Source: Podarcis tiliguerta (Eukaryota). From it: a stretch of 64,000 nt of DNA. A program made the position numbers and the translations under genes. Below the pieces are notes generated by a model. That model worked only from the letters and a program-made list of their open reading frames with translations. It was not told the DNA's origin and made no database searches. The stretch is from the NCBI GenBank assembly GCA_965153285.1, contig OZ229111.1; one strand, given 5' to 3'. Below, piece after piece: positions 38,518 to 48,977 of this stretch (position 1 is the first letter of the stretch; every line of letters starts with the position of its first letter).

Positions 38518-39391
38518 CTATATAATGTATCACTGAAAGAAACTCTGAAAGCAGGGAGATAGAATGCAGTTCTGTCCAGTTTGGATTTATGCAAATCTTT
38601 GAAAACAGAATTTGGTGAGACGGGGGGACATTTATCACTTATGTTCAAACACACTTGACTTTAACTTACCATAGTTGTCATGTGACTTTGCAAAGCTTTC
38701 AGAATAGGAAAGATCAGGAGGGTGGAAAGCATAGCAACAGCCTGGGATTTATTATCCCCCAACAGCATTCCATATAATGCAACCTGCAGTAGGCTTTTGG
38801 CAGCCAAAATCCACTCGAATTATCTGGAGTAACAGCACAATTCTAATCATGTCTAGTAACAAGCAAGTCCTACTGAATTCAATTGGGCTTAACCCAGGCA
38901 AGCAGGTTTTGGATTGCCACCTCAGGGAAAATCATACCCAAGGTAGATTTTCAGGTGCACATAAACCCTCTCATTAACCACTAACTCCTTTGAACCATTT
39001 CATGCTTGCAATCCGATTTCTGCTGGTGCAGTGGTTAAAGCTGGGACTGATCCTATTCCAACAGCAGCACAGCTAAGTTAATGCTGTTTCTGCCTTCTAG
39101 CTCAGAACCCAAGTGAGTCAAAGAAGAAATGAGACTCTCTCGGGCATATCAAACAGCCCTAAATCAGAAAGCAGTTTGTTGATACCATAACAGCTATTGG
39201 ACGATGCCACATGCTGACACTGGGCCTGACTCCTAACTCCCTCACAGGAAAAGTTAACCCCATAAAGCTACCCTATACAACTGGGATCATGTAAAGATTC
39301 CTCATTGAATCATAGGAGGCAGAACATGGCACTCTCTGAGGGGGGAAAACCAACTGAAGGTATCTCACAAACAGAAGAACATCAGGCTTAC

Positions 39392-39549
39392 CTAACCACA
39401 GGTTCAGGGATTGTTTCTGTATTTGCTGGCACCTGAACACCTTTCTCCCACTCTTGCCTCCAGGGATCAGCAAGGATGTAGTACTCATCTGGGCTCAGTT
39501 GGTAAGAATCTGGGATTTTCATAGCTGTTATCAGATCGGTACGAAAAAC
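39392..39549 (-). CDS. JADE2: JADE2 internal coding exon (158 nt; [53 protein letters not shown]), EPC/Epl1-like N-terminal domain
   Basis: Acceptor CTTCTTCTCCAG| (39550-39561) and donor AG|GTAAGC (intron starts 39391). The [10 protein letters not shown] and IPEPVVR motifs fit JADE2 rather than JADE1 (KLHDSYQLNP) or JADE3. Phase 0 in, phase 2 out. Confidence 0.97.
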
Positions 39550-41273
39550 CTGGAGAAGAAGATGAGAGTGGGACAGTGAGAGGCAGGACACATCCTTGGC
39601 ACTCTACTTGGCCTTTGGGAGTAGAAATTCATGTCTACCACCTGGCTGTACCATGTATATATGGGGGAAACCTCTTCAGGCCTTAGATAATTAAGGGAAG
39701 TTATTAGATACACAAAAGCAAATGTGGCTAATAAGTTAGCTCCTATATACATGCTGAGCTCTTACATCAGTACTGAATATTGTCAAAAGGAACCACTGTC
39801 AAGGAAACTTGGAACCAATTATTTGCAAGTTACTCTGAAGGAAGAGTTGGAAGTGCAAAACAAATAATTTTTGAAGGGAATGTCTCTGTATCCCAGGAGG
39901 ACTTATGGGTACTTGCTTCACTAGGAATCCATTTGTCAGCACAGTCTCACTCATGGAGATAACTACTGGAATTAGTACTGCAGTAGCTTCACTGAACCCT
40001 ACTTTCTGTTTGTTTTCTTGTCTCTGTAGTTTCTTGAAATTTCCCAGCAATTCACTCTAACCCACAAAGATTGACTGATTGAAACTGTTTTCTCTGATGA
40101 GTCATCTCCTTTAGCATATACATGCTGTGAACTGTTCCAGGGAATTTTTTTTTTAAAGTCAAATAATAGCAGAGTTACTCCTCAAAAGATGCATACGCTT
40201 AGCTTGGACGCATAATGGATTTTGACTTCTTGCTAACAGTAGTAGTAGTAATACTGGTGGTGCTAGTAGCAGCTGAAATATTGTAAATATGTATCATTAT
40301 ATTTTGTCACATAATTATTGTTATCACATTATTTTCCAATCTTCAACCCCAGGCACCCAAAGTTCATTCATTTCCATTTCCACACAAAAAGTCTAAAAGG
40401 GGGTACCCAGTTGTTATTATCACTAAATGTCAAGAATAGTCTTCCTCCAGCCCAGTATGAAGACTTTATCTCAAAAAAACCCTCCAACATCCATTATTAG
40501 AATAATAATCCATAGTTACTTGTTGTCGATTCATTAACATATACCCAGCTCCATGTCTTTCTCAAGTGCCTTCATTTGCCTGCAATATGTCTTGAACTGC
40601 AATAATGCCTCTTGCTTGCACAGAACCCTGTGGCCTTTACACAGCTGGAATAGAGTCACTGTACAGAGGTGTGCTGCTTCCTTTGCTCTTCCCACTTTTG
40701 CCTCTGGCACTACCTACTGCTGCAGTGCAACCCAGAAGGTTGCCTAGGAGTGAATGTGCTGCACCCCTGTGCTCTCTAGGGAGTTCAGAGAGATGTTTTA
40801 ACCTCATAAGGACCTTATTAAGAAGTCTGCGTTGATAGACAGTGACTTCCTCAGGGCCACCCAGAGGGCTTCTTGGCCAAGTGTGTCCCAGCCAGACTAA
40901 TGCACAGCGACACACTTCTACAGTATAACAAAATGCTCTAAAATGGACACACAAGAGCGCAACTGAGCCAACAGTTGGGCCTATCCAATCCGCTCCCAAT
41001 AACGGAAGAAGCTTGACAAGAAAAAAAGGCAAAGAGGGGAATATAGGTTCTGATATTACTGAAGAACGAGGAATGTCCTAACTAAGGCTGCCACACTGCT
41101 CATCAAATGGGTCTCCATGGGGGGAGGGGAAAAAATCAGCTGAATGTCACCCAATCCTTTCCTCCTTGACACAAGGGAACAAAAAGCAGCAGTGAGATGC
41201 CAGAGGAAGAAATCTAAAAAGCTGGTGCCCATGTCCTCTATGGTGAGGTAAACAGCATTTCCGGTTCAAACGA

Positions 41274-42127
41274 ATGGCACTGAGCCTGTGTCACTTACTG
41301 ACAACTCTCATCCATTATTTTGGACACCTCTCAGGATACAGCATGAACTGGTCCAAACCAGAAGTTGTATCCCTTGATGATGTCCTGCCCCACAGTTTTT
41401 ACAAGGCTTGGAATTTTGGTTTGTGTTCCGCTAAACTAGCATATCTGGGAATTCTAGTTCCCAGAGACAGCGGCAACGTGGTCAACTGCAAACTTATGCA
41501 TATAATCAAGGAAATACAGCGTGACTAGGAATGGTGGAAATGTTTACCCCAGAGTCTGTGGGGCAAGGTTCCTGTGATAAAAATGAACATGCCACCCAGA
41601 CTGATCTCTGTCCTGAGGGGATTATCCATATTGCCTTGGTCCTGGGAAAATCCCCAAAATTCTTTGATGCTCACGCTATGTTCAGTTATCCTGTGGGTCC
41701 TGACAGAGGAGCAAAGTAATTAGACTTTGCGCGCCCTGTTGCTGGTCCAAAGACTAGTGGAAAAAGCATATATCTCTCCACTCCTACCACACCCACAATC
41801 ACTCTACTCATCTACTCTGGCACCATATGGGGGAAAGCTACCTTCAGTAGGTGGCACAAAGAGAATAGACACTTGGACATTTGGGAGTTGTACTGGAAAC
41901 TGTTTGAAGGAAGCACACGCCCATCAGGTTCTGCCAGGACCTATTCTCCTGCCGCTTTTCTTCCTTCCACCACCCACTGCTTCCTTCTTTTAGTTTTGTT
42001 CTGGTTGTATTTACTTTAACTGCATAATACTGCACTGCAAATTGCTATGCTCCGTTGCTGATCTTTCTCTTTATTTTCACTGCCTTTATTCCTTGACTGT
42101 ATCAAGGAAAATAAAAATAAAAATAAA
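41274..42127 (+). mobile_element. Decayed L1/Tx1-type LINE (RT-domain fragment, internally deleted, A-rich tail)
   Basis: One frame reads FGHLSGYSMNWSK..YLGILVP..*..SLWGKVPVIKMNMPPRL (L1 RT motifs FGxxSGYxxNxxK, YLGI and IKMNxLPR) with an in-frame stop at 41526-28. The right boundary is uncertain. Confidence 0.7.
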
Positions 42128-43738
42128 CAGAACTCTGAGCATGATTGGAAATTGGCATGTATCAAATGAAAAGTTGCCCCACCTTACTTCTGTGTAAATC
42201 AGAGGATGAATAGGTGATCCAAGTGTCATATGGCACTCCACATTAATATGGAAGCTGCCGGTTGCTTGAGCAAAAGTCCAAACGCTGTCCTTTTTCCAGA
42301 CAATGGGTGAACTTAGTACAGCGGCCTCAGAAACATTTAATTTAAAACTAATTTAGCAACTGAAATGACTCAGGTTTTCCACTGTGCTAGCCTTTCCTAG
42401 GGCATGTTGATGTTTTCTTTCTTGTAATTGAATGGCTGGTCCAGATAAATGCAGCAGTGCAACTGCAGTCAGCTGATTCTCATACATGTTACTCTTTTAT
42501 ATATTATTGCAGGCAGAGCAGCAAAATAAATAAATAAATAAAACCACCCTCCCACACCTGGTTCTTTAGAAAGCATTCTTTTCAAATCAGAGCCCAATTC
42601 AGCAACCATCAAGATGCTGGATTGTTAAACATAAGGATTAAAACACAGCAGCAACCCCACAAAACTAAAGGTTGCATTGCCTTGTTACCAGAAGTAAGCA
42701 TGACTACAAGCATGCTTCTTGACTCTCCACTGGGTTTATGCCAAAAGCAAACTGGAAAAGGACCAAGCTAATTGTAGCAGTGTTAAGAAAAATGCCATTA
42801 ATTAGTTTACAGCAGCCAAAGACCCCAACCATATAATCTACTAATGATCAGAAACACAAAAACTGACCAGTTTAACGCTCATGGCACAATTGTTGTACAG
42901 CCTACAAAAGGCTAGCAGAAAGTCATATCAGTTCTTGCTAGATGTCTTTCAGCTGAGATGATTGTGTTTCGCCCACATGTTAAGTAGAGTGTGGCACTTG
43001 AATGCTGGCACAGAACCAGGCAAATCTTTCTAGCCTGGGTAACTCAGGTCACCTTTTACTTTTTTAGACTATGCCTTGAGGAAGTTCATGAGAGATCATA
43101 TACCACTTATAATAATTCGGGTGGTTCTTACAAGCTGGTGAGAACTCAGCTTGTATTTTTATTTATGAACACTACAAATCCATGGCACTTTAGTACATTA
43201 CTAGTAATTACAGAGTAAACCCTCTGAAAGAAAGTGTCCCAGGTTTACATAAATACTCTTGAGTAGAATTCAATGTCATGCTGTTACAAGTGTCCCGCCT
43301 GTACAAGCATATCAGCCTGCCTGGCAAAACATCCCACTCTTCCCCTCCCCTGATGTTCTGGAGGTTCAAGGGGCACATGGGGGGGGGAACAGGTGAATCC
43401 CACCCTCTGTCTTTAAATTAAGGAGGTGCAGATGGTTGCTAGAAGTGGTGGAAGCTTCTTCGCTTTCTGACTTCTCCCATCTTAACTTTTCTGCATGACC
43501 TGATTGAGACAGAAGTGTGTACAAGCACCAGTGGAAATTTTGAAAGCCCACATTTTAGCGTGGTCCTGAAGGCAAACTTGTTTGTATATTTATCAGCCTT
43601 GGGAACCCCTTGTAAGTGGTGGGTTACAAGACCCCAACAACATGCATAGGGCATCCATAACATCTGCACCAGGTGTACTTGTGAACCAATAAAAGGTAAG
43701 TATACATACCGCCCAATTTATTCAAACTTTATACTGTA

Positions 43739-43964
43739 CAGTGGTACCTCGGGTTACATACGATTCAGCTTACAGACTCCGCTAACCCAGAAATAGTGCT
43801 ACAGGTTAAGAACTTTGCTTCAGGATAAGAACAGAAATTGTGCTCCGGCGGCGCGGCGGCAGCAGGAGGCCCCATTAGCTAAAGTGGTGCTTTAGGTTAA
43901 GAACAGTTTCAGGTTAAGAACGGACCTCCGGAACAAATTAAGTACTTAACCCGAGGTACCACTG
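43739..43964. mobile_element. Tigger-like MITE, family A
   Basis: Same TIRs with TA flanks (43737-38, 43965-66). Nearly identical to 31608-31849 and in the same orientation. Confidence 0.92.
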
Positions 43965-46900
43965 TACACTGTTTTCAAGCTAGAAGGCTCACAGGGAACT
44001 AGATGTATGTGTGTACTGTGGTGGTAAGCATGTGCATGGAGTCTACCTCCACCATGAGTAGGGGAATTCCTGGCTGGTATTTGTATGAATCAACACTGTA
44101 TCTGTTGAGCTAATGAAAGGTCTTTGTCTCTTCTCCCAGAAGTGAGGCTTCTCAGCAAGCTGGAAAGAATGCTCCTAGTTCCGAGTAATAATACCTAGGA
44201 ACATTCTGCAGCTGCTGGACACAATGGAAGTGCTCTTACCTGTCTACAAGCTTAAACGTTTTTTTATTTTACAGCAAACCTTGTTTTGAAGAAAGACCAC
44301 TTCACACATTGCCTTTTTGTAGGTGACTCATGCAACTACACTTGTCACAAAGCTGTGATGTTCTGCAGCTCTTTGTTGACTGCAGATTTTATCTTCGCTT
44401 CTGAAATGGCCGAGACTGAGAGGACTCCTGTTTGCCGCAAAATATACCTCCTTGAAATCATATCACCACCTTGACTTAAGATATAATTATATATATAATA
44501 TAATATATAATTATAATATAATTATTAGCACTTATTCTTTTACAAAAGTAATTCAAAGTGGCTTACAAAATATACATGTATTTTATTGTTTCGTTTTCTC
44601 TTAGAAGAATGGGGGGTTATCATCTTGGTGGGGATAGAAAGGGGAAAGGTTATTCAGAGAAAGGGTGGGAATAGTAAACAAAATGGTAGCCATTGTCTTT
44701 CTTGACAATGTCTGCAGCCAAACCCAACCAGATTCTCAGTAACACATGAAACTGCAACACCAAGATCTATGCCGAGTCTTGCTCTCATGAGAATATTTCA
44801 ACCCCCATCTCCTTCCTATTTTCCTTCTATAGATTCCCCTAATTTACACTGTGAGGGTAAAAGAAATAACATCCTAACAGCAACAAGAACAACAATTCCA
44901 CCATGGCAAATAATGCTTTTCTGTCAAGAATTAGCCTTTGATTTAACTACAGCCGTCCCGCTTCTCAGGAAATAAAGGGTCATTTGTAAATGAAAATGGA
45001 TAATTTTGCCTTCCTTCTGCTATATGTTATTATCTGAAATGATAATCTACAAAACTGGCAATAATACTCAAATACCACCCGCTCTAATCAGTCTCTCTCC
45101 AGCGAATTCTCTGATCTTACATGAGGACAGAGATGGATCAGGTGTTTTCTTCAGATGCCTTTTAATTTGTTTTGAGTGCTTATTCTCGACAAGCTAACTA
45201 CTGCTCAGCGTGAACAGTAATAAATGATTCAAAGGCAGTTTTATACTTTCAACACAGAGCTAAAACGCTCCAGAAGTTACTTTGGAAACCAAATCTTTAT
45301 AGGAAGGGGGAACATTTAACCCCAACAGAGATCTAATATTTAGGTCAGTTCGTTTAAGCCTTGAAGCTGCAGCTGATAACCCAATTAAAGCTAAAGTACA
45401 AAAACATAAGCAACCTTTCCTTCTAAAGTCAGGGCCCCCTCTTTCCACACCAGCAGCTCTTTCAGTCCACCACATTTGTTTGGAGAACATTTCCAACCCC
45501 ATCTAAACAGAGCAAAGCTGGACTGCCCAGACGCAGTCGGGATGCATCTTCCAATAAAAACATAATTAACAGCCTACTCTTTTATAAGTCTGGGCTTGAG
45601 AAAGGTCAGCTTCCTTGAAGTCTCTATCTGCCAACATCACATAATTGTTAAAAAATGCCGCAGTAGCATTTGATTGCGCTGCTGGGTGTGGGGAAAAAAA
45701 TTAAAACGAGATTAAGATAAATGCTAATTAAACACAAGGCAGGATTTGCAAAAGATGTCAGAATCCTTGCAGTTTTGCATATCTAGTTATCAGGCAATAA
45801 GACAGCTAATAAAAAAGGAAAGAAAGCCCAATGCTAATCTAGGACTTTTTTCTAAAACATAATGAACACTGTTGCCCTTTTAGAAACACATTCCATGTGT
45901 TTGCTGTTCTCTGTCACTATATCAGGCTAGAGGTGGTTTTAAGTTACTGAGTATTGCCAAGTGACTATCTCCTAAAGGGACAGAGCAAACAAGATAAAGC
46001 AAAGCCTCCACCAGATGCCTAGTCTGCTAAGCGCTGCATATCTATTAGGACTGGTGACCATGACAATCTGCCTGCCCATATATTGGATGTGGTTTAATGA
46101 CAGCATTTTATGCCCATTTTAAACCTTGCTCTTTTTCTCTCCATCTCTGAAAAGCCTCCTTTAAATGCTTCAGGATTTTAAAGACCTAAAACAAAGAAAC
46201 AAAAAACAGCATCGATATTGAAAGTGAAGGATGGCGAGAGGACCAGGGCTGCTTGAAGGAGACTACAAAGTATCTCTGACAATAACCAACGGCCCCCCGC
46301 CCCTCGGCAAAAAAAAAAAACCCCAAGGAGAGGAAACAGATTTGCTAAAGAGATTGGGAATGTTGTCTCTGCTGTATTGAATTTCAATGGGCAGCATGAC
46401 ATGAAGAAAGATGGGGGTTGTTGTTATTTATTAAATTTGTATACCATCCTTCATCTGAACATCCCAGGGCGGTTCACAATGGAAGGGTTGACCTCAGGGC
46501 AAAAGCACCAGAAATTCCCACTGTCCAAGAAACAAGCTGCTATTCAATGTTAAAAAGTAGCTTGCCTCTTCTGCAGTGGGAACTTGCACACTGAAAACAG
46601 GAGGCAAAGAGCTGGCCCTCTCGGTCCATTGTGGACATGTCTGGATTCCAGCCATAGTGACAACGGAGAGAGGCAGGGGTGGAAATGCAGACTGGAGACT
46701 CCTCAACATAAAGGGAGAAAAAGAAAACATCTGAAGACAAACATACAGAGTGAGAAGAGGAGAGAAATAAAGGCTACCGGTAAGTTCTCTAGAGCTCCCA
46801 TGGGGAATGAAAGAACCAAACAGAATTGACCAAATAAAAGGCAGCTGGAGAGACAGGAAGAGTTTTGGAAGAGGACAGCCTGAAGAAGAGAAGAATCAGA

Positions 46901-47214
46901 GGGTGATGTGACTGATAGCGTCTTGGATAGCTTCTTGGACTGAGAGACCAAGAAGAAAGAAGACACAGGAGAAGCTCTTAGCTTTGTCCAGAAAATAGGC
47001 ATTTTGAAACCTTGGCAAGAGCAGCTTCTTCAGTAAGTGACACAGGCAAAAACAACTGTGGAACAGGGCAGGGATTTATCGCAGCAGCTTTAGCCAACAG
47101 CGTCAGTTTAAAAAGTTAACATTGGAAGCTCCCCATCAGTGCAACACTGGTACAGAAAACAAGCAGCGAGCAGCAATGCTTGAGCAAAGCAAAGTGACAC
47201 AGTCTGGTCTACCT

Positions 47215-47420
47215 TTTTGTCTGCAACAGCAGCCAATCAGATACCCCGAGGGAGACTTGGAAGCAAAGCCCACTCACCGCCCCCCGGATGAAAGTTCCCA
47301 GCATCCAATAATCAATAGATGGATGCCTCTGGCCATGGAGGTTCCATTTATAGCTATCATGCCTAAGAGGAATTGACATACTTATCCTCTATGAATTTGT
47401 TTATTCCCATTTTTAAAGTA
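47215..47420 (-). mobile_element. CR1 3' fragment (old)
   Basis: GCCAATCAGATACC..CCCAGCA..TGCCTCTG..TGGAGG..TTATCCTCTATGAATTTGT is homologous to 6454-6690. Confidence 0.55.
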
Positions 47421-48017
47421 TGCTAACTGAGAATCACATGCTACAACTAGGAAGGAATGACATTTCAAGTATCCTATGGTTTAAGTTGTAGTGATACTTC
47501 AGCTCTGCCTCCCCCTGCGTCCAAGCAAGGGATTGCCTGCAGGAATCTGGAATGGCTTTTGCTTTGCTTAAATGTGTTGTTCCCTTGAGCTCTGCATCCT
47601 GCGCAAGTACGCTCTTGCTCTCTGCTCTCATGTTACATGGGACACTTTCAAACTTCACACTAAACCATGAGCTCGTGAGCATTTTGGTTTATTAAACAAA
47701 GATCTGATTGTTCAAACATGGTCGGTGTTACCTGCCTGTCAGAGAATATTATAGGCACTCTAGCCATGGTCCTGAAACCATCCCAGATAGTCCTGCTGAT
47801 GCAAAGCTTGAGTTCCTAGCTCTGCCAAGCCCTTAACACCAGTATCCCAGATAGCTTGAACTCTTCACTTGCCTAACCAACCCTAACCCATTTCTACCTA
47901 TCATCGATAAAACACAGACTTTGCACCCAGTGTATTAAACTCAGCATAAAGCAGTGTATTCTCATGTGGATAGTTTAGGGCTTCATGTCAGGCTAAGTTA
48001 TAGGTGTCTATGAACAG

Positions 48018-48378
48018 GTAAAAAGGTAAAGGTACCCCTGCCCGTACTGGCCAGTCTTGACAGACTCTAGGGTGTGCGCCCATCTCACTCAAGAGGCCGG
48101 GGGCCAGCGCTGTCCGGAGACACTTCCGGGCCACGTGGCCAGCGTGACATCGCTGCTCTGGCGAGCCAGAGCCGCACACAGAAACGCCGTTTACCTTCCC
48201 GCTAGTAAGCGGTCCCTATTTATCTACTTGCACCCGGGAGTGCTTTCGAACTGCTAGGTTGGCAGGCGCTGGGACCGAACAACGGGAGCGCACCCCGCCG
48301 CGGGGATTCGAACCGCCGATCTTTCTATCGGCAAGCCCTAGGCGCTGAGGCTTTTACTCACAGCGCCACCCGCGTCCC
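48018..48378 (-). mobile_element. Full-length Sauria SINE
   Basis: Reverse complement of the 32348 element, with an (AAAGGT)n tail on the left. TSD CTATGAACAG (48008-17, 48378-87). Many CpGs are intact. Confidence 0.93.
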
Positions 48379-48473
48379 TATGAACAGAGATATTAGTAAA
48401 TCTGGGTATGCAATGGCTGGAACCTTTTTATCAATATATTCTGGTGAAATGGAAGTACTGGAGCACAAGAGAG

Positions 48474-48564
48474 AAAACAACAAAGAATCCTGTGGTACCT
48501 TAAAGACAAAGATTTTTTATGGAATACAGTCCACATTATCAGATGCATGAAGTGTTGTCCTGAG
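48474..48564 (-). mobile_element. Penelope-like element terminal-repeat fragment
   Basis: AAACAACAAAGAATCCTGTGGTACCTTAAAGAC..CAGTCCAC..ATCAGATGCATGAAGTG resembles the reptile Penelope pseudo-LTR as I recall it. Confidence 0.55.
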
Positions 48565-48940
48565 TTACAGGTATCTATCTGTACGCTTGGTTGGAGGCTG
48601 CTGGTGGTTAGGAATTGTAAACAGCAAGGTCAGAGGGAAATTGTTCCCCCCCCCCCCTCATTTTGGTTTTTGCTGCAAGAAACTAACACAGCTAACCCCT
48701 CTGGAAATTGTTACAAGAGAGAAACACTGTCTTGTTCTAAGATGTGGTAGAAGGAAATTGGAAATGGAAGCCAGAAATCCATACAACCAGTACTATGTTT
48801 TCACTTGCAGACGTGACTGGAGAGGTGTGCACTACAAAAATGAAAATTTCTCAACAGAACTAAATGGCAAGCTGTTGGGCACTATATAATGCATTAGCGC
48901 TTGGGGGCTGATACTGTTTGCAGAGTCCATGCAAAAAAAA

Positions 48941-48977
48941 GGAAGGAAGGAAGGAAGGAAGGAAGAAAGAAAGAAAG
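48941..48977. repeat. (GGAA)n/(GAAA)n microsatellite
   Basis: Seen directly. Confidence 0.9.

Larger units (their letters stand above)
7055..39391 (-). other. JADE2: JADE2 intron (32,337 bp, GT..AG, phase 2)
   Basis: Bounded by the splice sites of the flanking exons. The protein is contiguous across it (PVVR|IVP). Confidence 0.88.

Noticed and set aside
46630-47120. Purine-rich LTR-like block resembling 10905-11358
   Set aside because: It has multiple stops, no definable termini or TSD, and no alignable identity by eye.
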